A DNA stretch of 64,000 bases from the IMG/VR virus record IMGVR_UViG_3300037484_000235, positions 128,001-192,000 of that record; one strand, written 5' to 3'. Under the pieces are notes generated by a model that was given only the letters and a program-made list of their open reading frames with translations, was not told the DNA's origin and did no database searches. The DNA comes from a virus. Taxonomy: Duplodnaviria; Caudoviricetes. Positions 47,178-56,471 of the stretch are shown piece after piece. Position numbers and translations under genes: made by a program. Every line of letters starts with the position of its first letter. The first letter of the stretch is position 1.

Positions 47178-49214
47178 ATGCGTGAGATCGTCCTCAAATG
47201 TGCGGACCTTAGCCCACCACTGGGAACAGGGGGTCCGTGCCGAATTGTGGATCGTATCCTCAGGGAGAAGCTCCGTCCGGATGCGAGAGAAGAGCTGATT
47301 TCGATCGTTGAGAACGACCAGTCTCTTTCTAATCCACAGGCTGATGAGATCTATGACCCTCTGGCCGAAAGGGGTCCGCACCCATTTAGCCAGTTCGTAC
47401 TGACGCCTCACGCGCAATATCGTATGGATTTGCGGGGGGTGACGGTCAAGGATTTGAAGGAGTCCCTCCTCAGATTCATGGTCCAGGTCCAAGAGTGGAA
47501 GAGAAAGAATGATCCGCGCTATGCCCAGCTGACTCAGGCTGGCAGCTCCAAGATCTCATGGGAAGACCCAAGGAGTGGGCTGTTCTTTGTCTTTGGCTTC
47601 GGCCGTCATGACGGGACCCCAACGTTGATCACCACCTATTGGAAAGGGGAAAGAGATCCATCCATCCCATCCGAGGGTTGCCAATCCAGACAGGCTGGGC
47701 ACTCCGCTCCAGCTGGTGGACTCTTCGGGATCCAGACCTTCATAAGTGAGAAGCCCGCGAAGGGTATCGAAGACCCTTCTGGGGACTCAATCTACCATCC
47801 CCCTGGAGAGTCGCCTAAGTCCGATCGGGACAGGGCAAAGCCGCAGCGTACGGATACCAAAGATAACCTCACCAAGCATCCACCTAAGCCCCCAGTGTTC
47901 AACACCCCGGGACCTTCTGAACCTGGGAACCCCCCCATCAAGGTTAGGTCCCCAGGAACTCCTGGTGAGGAGTATGGGCACCCCTACAAAGAGAACGTCT
48001 ACCCTCGTCGTACGGAGGGATCGTTTGCCATGGACTTGGATGAGGTAGCGGATACCCTGAGATTGGCTGGGTTGTATCCTTCGTTCTCCCAGAGACAGCA
48101 CAAGCAAAAGGGTCAAGCGAAAAGGTACTACCAGAGGTATTACAGGGCGCACAAGGGCCGAGCCAAGACAAAGGCGAAGCGCAGATACAAGAGGATTCAC
48201 AACAGCCCGGCTTTCAAGCGTCGTCGACGACTGCGCAATAATCCGAAGTTCAAGAATCGATTTCGTAGGCTGCCAGCAGGTGGGGCACGTTCTACATCGG
48301 AACGCGCAAAGAACTATCGCAAACGCGCCATGGATCCAATGAGCTTTTTCCACCTTTCCTTGGGGTGGGGTGACGTCATTGACTTCAACGATGAGGGTGT
48401 GGTTGTGCACCTGGACGGTGAGAATGAGGATCCTCTTACGGTTCCCCTTCAGACATTCATTCGTGGTGCAGTATTTGAGTCCGAAGAGACTACGGACGCT
48501 TTCTTCAACACTATCGATGAAGTGTACGGGGCGCCAGACCCACGTGCTGTGGTCACTGCATTCTACAGGGAAACCTTTACCCCTGGTTACAACATGGATC
48601 CGGGTGATGGGGTCCGAGACCTTGGCCTTCCTGGTCCGGAAGACGTTGAGAATCTAGGCTTCTACGAAGACAAGCACGATAAGCGGGCCCCAGGTCACAA
48701 GCTTGACATCCGGGAATTTGATGGTGGCGGAGGCTCCGCTAAGGTCATCCCTTCTGGGCATGACTTTGCCAACAAAGAGGCTTCAAGAGTCCCGTCAGCT
48801 GTTCGAGTCGCCAAACGACTTGCAGAGATGCTTGAGGAGACTTCTGGGGCAGTGATTCAGAGGTCCACTTCAATCCATCCCAAGGGAAAGAGGTTTGACC
48901 CTAAGAACTCAATGTTCTCTTTCTCGGTTCCGGGGTCTGGTGGGAAGACCTACACAGTGAGGATCAAGGTCATCCGCAAGGGCAATGCCACGAAACTCTC
49001 GAAGATGCACCTTCTGGTGTCGTGCTCTTGCGAGTTCTGGCGATGGCAGGGACCCGAACACCATGCGATGAAAGAGAACTACCTTTATGGAAAGCCTCGT
49101 GGAACGGCTTCAATCCCACATATCATGGATCCAAAAGGCAAGCATAGGGTGTGCAAGCACCTAGCCGCATGCCTCAACTCGATCAAGGAATGGGAACTGG
49201 CCGCCCCCCGGTAG
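47178..49214 (+). CDS. Polyprotein: DUF4258/RelE-like domain, very basic segment and SWIM Zn finger
   Basis: TPHAQYRMDLRGV...LITTYW; KRYYQRYYRAHKGRAKTKAKRRYKR...; VSCSCEFW...CKHLAA; ATG 47178. Confidence 0.65.
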   Translation: MREIVLKCADLSPPLGTGGPCRIVDRILREKLRPDAREELISIVENDQSLSNPQADEIYDPLAERGPHPFSQFVLTPHAQYRMDLRGVTVKDLKESLLRFMVQVQEWKRKNDPRYAQLTQAGSSKISWEDPRSGLFFVFGFGRHDGTPTLITTYWKGERDPSIPSEGCQSRQAGHSAPAGGLFGIQTFISEKPAKGIEDPSGDSIYHPPGESPKSDRDRAKPQRTDTKDNLTKHPPKPPVFNTPGPSEPGNPPIKVRSPGTPGEEYGHPYKENVYPRRTEGSFAMDLDEVADTLRLAGLYPSFSQRQHKQKGQAKRYYQRYYRAHKGRAKTKAKRRYKRIHNSPAFKRRRRLRNNPKFKNRFRRLPAGGARSTSERAKNYRKRAMDPMSFFHLSLGWGDVIDFNDEGVVVHLDGENEDPLTVPLQTFIRGAVFESEETTDAFFNTIDEVYGAPDPRAVVTAFYRETFTPGYNMDPGDGVRDLGLPGPEDVENLGFYEDKHDKRAPGHKLDIREFDGGGGSAKVIPSGHDFANKEASRVPSAVRVAKRLAEMLEETSGAVIQRSTSIHPKGKRFDPKNSMFSFSVPGSGGKTYTVRIKVIRKGNATKLSKMHLLVSCSCEFWRWQGPEHHAMKENYLYGKPRGTASIPHIMDPKGKHRVCKHLAACLNSIKEWELAAPR

Positions 49215-49224
49215 AGTGTTCTGT

Positions 49225-49611
49225 ATGCCAATCTATGAGTACAACTGCCCAAAGTGTAAGTCTGAGTTCGAGCGCGTGTTGCCCCTTGCTCAGTACCTGA
49301 GTCGGCAGAAGTGTGATTGCGGGGCTGTGGCGAAGAAGGTCATCCCATCCTCTGTGGGCGTCATTTTCAAGGGTGATGACTGGGTTAGCAAGGCCAACCG
49401 GGTCAATGGCCAGATGGCCAAGAAGAACCGCAAACTCGATGCCCGCCAAGCCGAGCGGAAGAGGGACGGGGCAGGGGTGTCCTTGGTTCCGAACGTCGGT
49501 GGGGAGTCTGTTCGGACTTGGTCCGACGCACAAAAGCTCGCAGCCTCAAAGGGCAAGAACGCCGCTTCCTACGCACCAAAGGTGCGCGAAGAGCAATCAA
49601 AGCGTCGTTGA
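49225..49611 (+). CDS. FmdB-family Zn-ribbon protein
   Basis: MPIYEYNCPKCKSEFE...CDCG...FKGDDW. Confidence 0.85.
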   Translation: MPIYEYNCPKCKSEFERVLPLAQYLSRQKCDCGAVAKKVIPSSVGVIFKGDDWVSKANRVNGQMAKKNRKLDARQAERKRDGAGVSLVPNVGGESVRTWSDAQKLAASKGKNAASYAPKVREEQSKRR

Positions 49612-49641
49612 CTTCCCGATATTTCTTTGTAGGGGACTCCC

Positions 49642-50400
49642 ATGACACGTCAACGAGACATCCCATCCATCCAGTACCGCAGCCCCGGCGTCCTCAACAT
49701 GACGCTGCCCCAGGTTGCGAACAACATCGAGTACTACGAGGTTCGAGGGGCAGCCCGTCTCGTCGATGCCTATGGACCCGTAGCAGGTGTCCCAGGATTT
49801 GGGGCACTTCCAATGTTCCGTGTTGCGAATGGTGGGGACTTCCGGTCCCCAGCCATTCACGCAAAGAAGCTCTCCATCGAGGAGTCCAATCGAAAACTGA
49901 CGAGGATGGTCATCGACCTAGATGACTACGCAACCCCTGTTGTCGTGGGCGCTTCGTACCTGGCGAGCGACGAAGTGACCTCGTTTCTTCGGGTAGCCGC
50001 GTTCGACCATGTCACGGGTCTTTTTCTGGCAGAGGGGCCGATCGTGTGCGTCCCTCCCTACGACTTCTTCTCCACGAAGGGTCCAATCTTCACAGTCACT
50101 GCCAAAGCCCCCAACCTGGCTACAGGGGCTTTCCCTGGGGCGGTCCCTCCGGACTCCCTGCCTTCAACGGTCATGAATTTCATGCTCCCGGCGTACACCT
50201 CGACGATCTCCGTTACGAACCTGGAGGCCGCTGGTGGCCCCGCCTTGTTTGTCTCTTTCCACCCGGGCGTGCCTCCAACTGTGGTCATGCCGACCCAAGA
50301 GATCTCACTCACGGGAGCAGGATCCCCCGAGTTCTTTGTGGCATCCCCCAGTGGAAACCCTTACTTCACCGTCAGGTGCGCAGTCGTGAATAGCGCGTAA
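49642..50400 (+). CDS. Putative virion structural protein
   Basis: 252 aa, beta-rich, in the structural cluster. Confidence 0.55.
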   Translation: MTRQRDIPSIQYRSPGVLNMTLPQVANNIEYYEVRGAARLVDAYGPVAGVPGFGALPMFRVANGGDFRSPAIHAKKLSIEESNRKLTRMVIDLDDYATPVVVGASYLASDEVTSFLRVAAFDHVTGLFLAEGPIVCVPPYDFFSTKGPIFTVTAKAPNLATGAFPGAVPPDSLPSTVMNFMLPAYTSTISVTNLEAAGGPALFVSFHPGVPPTVVMPTQEISLTGAGSPEFFVASPSGNPYFTVRCAVVNSA

Positions 50401-50507
50401 TCGAAGATTGCTCCGTTAGTGGGTTTATGGAACCCACTCTACGGAGAGAGCAACAGTTCTCATTTTTCACCCCGCCAATGCGGCGGGTTCATCTCAGGGA
50501 GATCCTA

Positions 50508-51197
50508 ATGCCTTTCATTTGCAAGCGCCGCGCAGACATCCAGAACGGGGTTCTTCAGATCACCGACTTCTGGCCCAACGCTTCCCAGCGAAATCAGAGC
50601 ATTGATCCGATTGCTCAGGGCCCCCGTTACATCAGCGCACCGGTGACTGCAACCGTTTCCCTGGGTACCACGGGTGGCAACGAGCGCCATCTTCTGGCCG
50701 CTGCCACCGGCCTTGCTGCATACCTCATCGCGAACGTTCAGGTTGGCGCAGCGGGTCCAGCACTCACCCCGACTCAAGCCAACACGGCGGCTGCGGCACT
50801 CATCGCGGCCATGGTTGCAGGGGCCACCATGGATCTTGCGGCGATTAACGTCATCCTCAACGCCACGATCGCTACCGCAGACCTCACTGCGAACACCTCG
50901 ACCGGAACGGTCATGGACGTGCTCCGAGTTCTTTCTGGCGCTACATACACAGTTCCCGCTGGCACTGTCGTCCAGATCAACGCAGGCGCGGATTTCTTCC
51001 CACAGGTGGGCCCAGCCGCTTGGAATGCCGCGAACTTCGACTACGATTCCTACAAGGACATCCTGGTTGCGGACACGTCTTTCTACATCTCGCTTGCTGA
51101 GGGCCAGATCAATGGATTCTCGGGCACAGCTTTCAGCTACCTGGGTGTCGTAGGTCCCGCAATCGTCGTGTACGACAACACGGGTGTGGTTCTCTGA
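50508..51197 (+). CDS. Virion protein, paralogue A
   Basis: MPFICKRRADIQNGVLQITDFWPNASQRNQSIDP...YDNTGVVL; ATG 50508 with GGGAG SD. Confidence 0.75.
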   Translation: MPFICKRRADIQNGVLQITDFWPNASQRNQSIDPIAQGPRYISAPVTATVSLGTTGGNERHLLAAATGLAAYLIANVQVGAAGPALTPTQANTAAAALIAAMVAGATMDLAAINVILNATIATADLTANTSTGTVMDVLRVLSGATYTVPAGTVVQINAGADFFPQVGPAAWNAANFDYDSYKDILVADTSFYISLAEGQINGFSGTAFSYLGVVGPAIVVYDNTGVVL

Positions 51198-51271
51198 TTT
51201 TGAGGGGTTCCCACGACGTGTTGGGAACCCACTCGGGAAATAAGTTACTAGGTCAAACCCAGGAGTAGAAG

Positions 51272-52324
51272 ATGCCTTTCATTTGTATGCGCCGAACAGA
51301 CATTCCGGAAGGGGTCCTCCAGGTCACCGACTTCTGGCCCAATGGTTCCCAGAGGAACCAGTCCATTGACCCGATGCCCCAGGGTCCCCGCTACCCACAC
51401 ATGCCGTCGTCAAGCACGGTTGTGCTGAGCAGCACGGGTGCCACTCAGAGGTATCTTGCAACAGCCCAGTCGGGCCTTGCAGCGTATCTCATTGCGAACG
51501 TGGAGGCTGCGAACCTTGCGGCTCTCACGCCCGCACAGGCAGACACGATTGCTGCATCCCTCATCGCTACGATGCGGGCAGCCGGTGCGGTAACTGCCAC
51601 AGCGATCAACACAGCCCTTACGCTGGCTGCTGGTGTGGCTTCTACGGCTGTTCTAACGTTCGGCGGCGCTCCCGTCAACAACGAGACAGTCACGATCAAC
51701 GGCAAGGTCTACACCTTCCGAGCGGTCATCAACGGTGCGTCCGTAGACGGTGACGTTCTGAACACCCTTGTCGCGTCTACTGCGCTCGACAACCTGATCG
51801 CAGCCATCAACCTTGGCGCAGGTGTGGGTGTTACCTACGCCACGGCCATGACGCTTCACCCCACGGTGTCCGCTGCTGCTGGCGCAGGCGACACGATGGT
51901 GGCTACGGCCAAGGTTCGCGGCTTGGCTGGTGATGCACTCACCAACGCCACGAACGTAACCCTCGGTGCATGGGCTCCTGTCGGTACCTTCACGGGCGGT
52001 CTGGATGCCTCCCTTACCGCTGGTAACTCGACCGGAACGGTCATGGATGTGCTTCGCGTTCTCGCGGGTGCAACCTACACGGTTCCCGCCGCCACCATCG
52101 TTCAGGTTGTGGTTTCGACGTTCAACCCGCAGGCCGGTCCTGTGGCATGGAACGCCGCAAACTTCGACTACACGACCTTCAAGGAGATCCTGGTCGCGGA
52201 CTCGTCTTTCTACATCAGCCTTTACCAGGGGCAGATCAGTGGATTTGCGGGCGTGGGCTTCCACTACCTTGGTGTTACAAGTCCAGCGCTTGTTGCCTAT
52301 GATAACACGGGTGCGGTTCTCTGA
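51272..52324 (+). CDS. Virion protein, paralogue B, with an inserted ~120-aa module
   Basis: MPFICMRRTDIPEGVLQVTDFWPNGSQRNQSIDP...YDNTGAVL. Confidence 0.75.
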   Translation: MPFICMRRTDIPEGVLQVTDFWPNGSQRNQSIDPMPQGPRYPHMPSSSTVVLSSTGATQRYLATAQSGLAAYLIANVEAANLAALTPAQADTIAASLIATMRAAGAVTATAINTALTLAAGVASTAVLTFGGAPVNNETVTINGKVYTFRAVINGASVDGDVLNTLVASTALDNLIAAINLGAGVGVTYATAMTLHPTVSAAAGAGDTMVATAKVRGLAGDALTNATNVTLGAWAPVGTFTGGLDASLTAGNSTGTVMDVLRVLAGATYTVPAATIVQVVVSTFNPQAGPVAWNAANFDYTTFKEILVADSSFYISLYQGQISGFAGVGFHYLGVTSPALVAYDNTGAVL

Positions 52325-52352
52325 GTCCTAGTTCAGGTTAGGTTCTCAGCGG

Positions 52353-52388
52353 TCGGGCCTCTCACGGTATAGTCCGAGAGAGGCCCGA
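52353..52388. other. Intergenic hairpin with TATAGT in the loop
   Basis: TCGGGCCTCTC-A-CGG-TATAGT-CCG-A-GAGAGGCCCGA. Confidence 0.65.
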
Positions 52389-52394
52389 ACTGTT

Positions 52395-52625
52395 TTGGAA
52401 GACACAACCTACCGTACAAGTGATATGTATTTCAGCGCCTTTTTAAGGGTTGCTGGGGTCAAGTTCTTGGACTCAGTTCGTGAGGGGGGTCGGATCTTCT
52501 TCCTCTTCGAGAACGGGGAGGGCATCCGAGACCTGAAGAGGGAGTACTTCAATCGGACAGCCAAGGTGAGTGCCTTGGATTACGCGGACGAAATTCGCAA
52601 CATGAAGGCCATGATTCACCAGTGA
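52395..52625 (+). CDS. DUF5659-like small protein
   Basis: YRTSDMYFSAFL..AG...FFLF...Y...V.ALDY..EIRNMKAMI pattern; TTG start uncertain. Confidence 0.5.
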   Translation: MEDTTYRTSDMYFSAFLRVAGVKFLDSVREGGRIFFLFENGEGIRDLKREYFNRTAKVSALDYADEIRNMKAMIHQ

Positions 52626-52698
52626 GTCTATAGACCTTGGTATGCAGTAGGGGTGGTAGCTCACCCCTCCAAAATCGAGACAGTAAGAGGATACCTAA

Positions 52699-53112
52699 AT
52701 GGCGAACGCTTTGTACGACACAGGAAGAGCTGCTTTTCTGAATGCCGGTGTAAACTGGACTGCGGATAACATCAAGGCTGTCCTTGTGGACACGGCCCTT
52801 TACCCTCTCTTCAATATCAACACAGACGCCTTTCTGTCGGACATCCCGGCTGGGGCACGTATCGCGATTTCTGGGAACTTCGCTGGAAAGACCAGCGCTG
52901 CCGGGGTAGCCGATGCCACCGACTTGACATTTACGGCAGTGGGCCCCGCTGCCTCTGTGGAAGCCCTTGTCATTTACAAGGACACTGGGGTTGAGGGGAC
53001 AAGCCAACTCATCGCGTACATTGATGTTGCAACGGGACTCCCTGTGACACCCTCTGGCGGAGATATCCTCGTCGTTTGGGATTCAGGGGCGTCGAAGATT
53101 TTCAAGCTGTAA
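52699..53112 (+). CDS. Minor tail/virion structural protein
   Basis: MANALYDTGRAAFL...IKAVLVD...LIAYID...GLPVTP.GGDI.V.W...KIFKL, a pattern I recall from other phage virion proteins. Confidence 0.7.
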   Translation: MANALYDTGRAAFLNAGVNWTADNIKAVLVDTALYPLFNINTDAFLSDIPAGARIAISGNFAGKTSAAGVADATDLTFTAVGPAASVEALVIYKDTGVEGTSQLIAYIDVATGLPVTPSGGDILVVWDSGASKIFKL

Positions 53113-53135
53113 CATCTTCATGTAGGGTGTGACCC

Positions 53136-53354
53136 ATGATCCAACCAACAGGCATTGGGAGTTCCGAGTCGTTCGGACTAGCCCAATTGGATCAGGAGAT
53201 CACTTTCACCACACCACTGGTGAGTGGCATGGGGGCCAGAACTGAGCCCATCGCCTCTTCAGATCAGTTCATTTACACGACCGGAATTCCAAGTGCCGAG
53301 GTTTTCGGTTCTCAGATCCAAACTCCTGTGGGTCTGGTGTCCAGATTCTTTTGA
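53136..53354 (+). CDS. Small protein made of GIxSxExFG repeats
   Basis: PTGIGSSESFG and TTGIPSAEVFG. Confidence 0.6.
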   Translation: MIQPTGIGSSESFGLAQLDQEITFTTPLVSGMGARTEPIASSDQFIYTTGIPSAEVFGSQIQTPVGLVSRFF

Positions 53355-53366
53355 TGAGCTGAGGAA

Positions 53367-56300
53367 ATGACTATATTCAACATAGCCGCCGACGCTACCT
53401 GGGATGACGCCGCTTTTGCGACACGAGCAGGCAATGACACCTATACGCTCATCGCCACAGCAGCCGCCAAGCTCACGCTGACCATCGACACAGACACCCG
53501 GTATTGCGAGAACTCTGACGCCACGAAGGGCGCCATGGGCAACGTCAACCTTTCTGGCGGCGGAGTGCCCACAGCCGGACTCTGCGGCGAACTCCTGATC
53601 GACGGCTCGAAGGTCCGGCTCATCCCCTACGACACTGGTGCTGGATTGGTTCCTGCGTACCCAACCGCGATCACACAGGGTGGTGTGTCCGCTGTGTTTC
53701 TTGGGGTTTGGAGCGCGTTCAATGTGGCACCGACCGCCGCTGGTGCAGCGATGCCACTCACGGGCTACATCAAGGTCAAGAATGTCACCGGTGGCGTGTT
53801 CGCAGCGGGGGCTCTGGGTGGCATCGGAGCAAATGCCACGGGCGCTGATACAGTTGGTTGGATTGAGGTCGTGGGGACAGAAGCTTTAACTCTTACGGCA
53901 AACGGAAATAACAAGTTGAACATTCAAGGAGAATGGTTCGAGCATAGCACATTGGTTACAACTGGATTGTCCGGCAGCACATATCAGCTTCCAGCTTCAC
54001 TGGCGAACACTTACTTCGGCGGAGTGTGGGTTGAGACTGCGGCTGCATCTGGCGTCTACGATTTCTATCCCTCGGCCGGGTCTCTCGTCGCCGCTAACTC
54101 AGTCGCGTCCGATGCTGTGCGGGGGAAGATCTGTTGGATCTCCTCGCAAGGGCTCGTGCGTCTGGGATCGGATGGAACGAACACCAACGGGTATTTGCCA
54201 GTCGTTGGTTGTAAGATCCGTATTCCAAACATTATTACACTAAACTCGGTTGCAGCGGCGTCAGTAAATGCCGTGCCTAATGCGACCATCACACAAAGAT
54301 TCGAGACGGCATTTACGGCCGCTGGCATTGTAGACATCAACAGGGTAACGGGGGCTTGGTACTTCAACTTCCAACAGGCAAGGTCACTTACTATCCAAAA
54401 CTCGTCGTTTCTGGACGGGATTTCTGTGGTCGAGATTGGCTCTCCCTTCACCCTGACACAGGTGGGAGTGGCGCCATCCCTGGCAGGCACTACGGCTCCG
54501 GTGCAGTTCGTGGTCAATCGTTTTGGAGGAACCGTCACCGATTGCTGCTGGGTCAAGCCTACGCACGTGGCCTCGGTGCCTGCGGTGCTTATGACGAATT
54601 GCTCCGGCATCGACTTCGTTCGAGACCGAGTTTTCTATCTTGCCGAACGAACGCTGGCCACGGCGCACACGCACACGATCACTAGCTGTGATGACTGCAC
54701 CTGGACCGATTGCACGTACGGCACCAGCGACATGCTGTTTCAGTATTCGTACGATCTGACGATAACAGATCTCATCTGGTACGACGTTCTGTACGGACGG
54801 ACGCCTGGCGTGACCAACGCCAACGGCATCTTCAGCATTGGTGTAGGCACCCACGACTGCCTCTTCGATGGCCTGAGCTTCGGCGGACTAGAGGCGGTAG
54901 CACCGGCGAGTCACATTTGGAATATGCCAGCCGTGAGACCGGCCCGCATCACAATCCGCAACGTCGGCACCCCGGCAGCCCCCTTGGACCTGGGCGGTCC
55001 GACCGTAGAGGATGTGTCCTGGACCAGGGTCACCACGACAGCGACAATCACATCGGTGGGCCACGGCCTTCAAACTGGTGACTCGATCTATGTGAGCATC
55101 TCCAGTGTCCCCGCTGCAATCATTCTCGGGCTCAAGCTCAGCACAGTCATCCGGCTCACGGACGACACGTTCACGATTACTTGCCTGAATGCAGGGGCCG
55201 CTAGCGGAACACTGTCCTACAATCTCGCCATTACCAACAACGCATTTCCGATGAATGGGTCGGCGAACGGAATAGAGAGCATTGTTGTCCAGCGAGTCTA
55301 CCTCAGAGGTGCCAAGACCTCCTGTCTCCCGCTCATGCTCAACGATCAATGGGGATTTGTTCTCGACAACGTGTGGGGGAATGAGTGGAACCCCTGCCTG
55401 CCGACGTCCAACAACATGGCAGCCAGGGGCATGCTTGGCAGCCCCACGCTTGCAGCTCAAACGGCAGTGCGGGGTACCCACTGGATCGATGGGTTCAATA
55501 GCCGATTGTCCCCGACAACAACCGCTCAAGCGTGGACCCGAGTCACTACCACAGCGACGGTCACGAGTGTCGGACACGATCTGCACACAGGAGACGTTAT
55601 CCACGTTACAGCCTCTAGCGATGAAGCAGCGATCACACTGCTCAATGCCGCTGCCACACAGACTGTCACGGTCATCGACAGCAACACCTTCACGATCGTG
55701 TGTCTCAATGCAGGCGCTGCGGCAGGCACCCTAGACTACGAAAATCTTAGCGGCTTTGTTGGTATGCAGATGAATGAGTGGAGTGCAGAAACCGTGGCAC
55801 AGGTCTCGATTGACGCGGGCACTCCAAGATTTACAAACGTGGGCACAATCTCCATGCCAACGGTCGGCGATCAGGTTACCTGGACAATGCCTGATTATTG
55901 CCTGGGGCACACCGCATTCCCGGACGTGATCCCTTGGAGCACCATCACCCAAGCAAACTGGGCGAACTTCGACTGGCAATATCAGATTGACAAGAACGAT
56001 GGGGCCGGATTCAGTGGTTGGAAGAACGCACTCTACAACCAGACGGGCGACACCACTCTTGGTGGGTTCACGATCTTCAACATCCCCGACACGAGTCAGC
56101 TAGCCGTCGGTGACTATGTCTTTCGCAGCAACGCACCCACGTTCACCTTTGGTGTGAACGCTAAGATCGTTTCGATTGACAGCCCCACGCAGGTGACACT
56201 AGACCAGGCAAATGCGCAGACCGCAGTTGGCATACCAATATTGTTCCGCCAGTATCCCAATGAGGTGTTGGATGCGCAGCTCGGTTTCAAGCTGAAGTTT

Positions 56301-56450
56301 CGGTGTACTACGTGTGCAGCAAACACTGTGCTACAGGCGTTTTTTGCTCTCCGCACTTCGAGCACGGCGGTGAGCAGGGCTCTCCAGTATCCTCTGATCC
56401 CGCCAGGCCCATACGGACTGTCTGACCCTGGGGTCACTTACATCAGCTGA
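53367..56450 (+). CDS. Tail fibre/spike-like protein with a beta-helix region and a duplicated HGL..GD module
   Basis: 1027 aa, G/T/A/N-rich; WTRVTTTAT.TSVGH.L.TGD...DTFTI.CLNAGAA.GTL.Y occurs twice (~55020 and ~55533). Confidence 0.7.
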   Translation: MTIFNIAADATWDDAAFATRAGNDTYTLIATAAAKLTLTIDTDTRYCENSDATKGAMGNVNLSGGGVPTAGLCGELLIDGSKVRLIPYDTGAGLVPAYPTAITQGGVSAVFLGVWSAFNVAPTAAGAAMPLTGYIKVKNVTGGVFAAGALGGIGANATGADTVGWIEVVGTEALTLTANGNNKLNIQGEWFEHSTLVTTGLSGSTYQLPASLANTYFGGVWVETAAASGVYDFYPSAGSLVAANSVASDAVRGKICWISSQGLVRLGSDGTNTNGYLPVVGCKIRIPNIITLNSVAAASVNAVPNATITQRFETAFTAAGIVDINRVTGAWYFNFQQARSLTIQNSSFLDGISVVEIGSPFTLTQVGVAPSLAGTTAPVQFVVNRFGGTVTDCCWVKPTHVASVPAVLMTNCSGIDFVRDRVFYLAERTLATAHTHTITSCDDCTWTDCTYGTSDMLFQYSYDLTITDLIWYDVLYGRTPGVTNANGIFSIGVGTHDCLFDGLSFGGLEAVAPASHIWNMPAVRPARITIRNVGTPAAPLDLGGPTVEDVSWTRVTTTATITSVGHGLQTGDSIYVSISSVPAAIILGLKLSTVIRLTDDTFTITCLNAGAASGTLSYNLAITNNAFPMNGSANGIESIVVQRVYLRGAKTSCLPLMLNDQWGFVLDNVWGNEWNPCLPTSNNMAARGMLGSPTLAAQTAVRGTHWIDGFNSRLSPTTTAQAWTRVTTTATVTSVGHDLHTGDVIHVTASSDEAAITLLNAAATQTVTVIDSNTFTIVCLNAGAAAGTLDYENLSGFVGMQMNEWSAETVAQVSIDAGTPRFTNVGTISMPTVGDQVTWTMPDYCLGHTAFPDVIPWSTITQANWANFDWQYQIDKNDGAGFSGWKNALYNQTGDTTLGGFTIFNIPDTSQLAVGDYVFRSNAPTFTFGVNAKIVSIDSPTQVTLDQANAQTAVGIPILFRQYPNEVLDAQLGFKLKFRCTTCAANTVLQAFFALRTSSTAVSRALQYPLIPPGPYGLSDPGVTYIS

Positions 56451-56471
56451 GTCCTAGAGAGAGCAATCCAA

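Noticed and set aside
50508-52324. Diversity-generating retroelement (TR/VR pair)
   Set aside because: The paralogues differ mostly at synonymous positions rather than adenines, and there is no reverse transcriptase in the window
2960-53140. Kozak-like CCATG start contexts suggesting eukaryotic translation
   Set aside because: Many genes have clear GGAG/AGGAGG SD sites and overlapping coupling, and the tmRNA indicates a bacterial host
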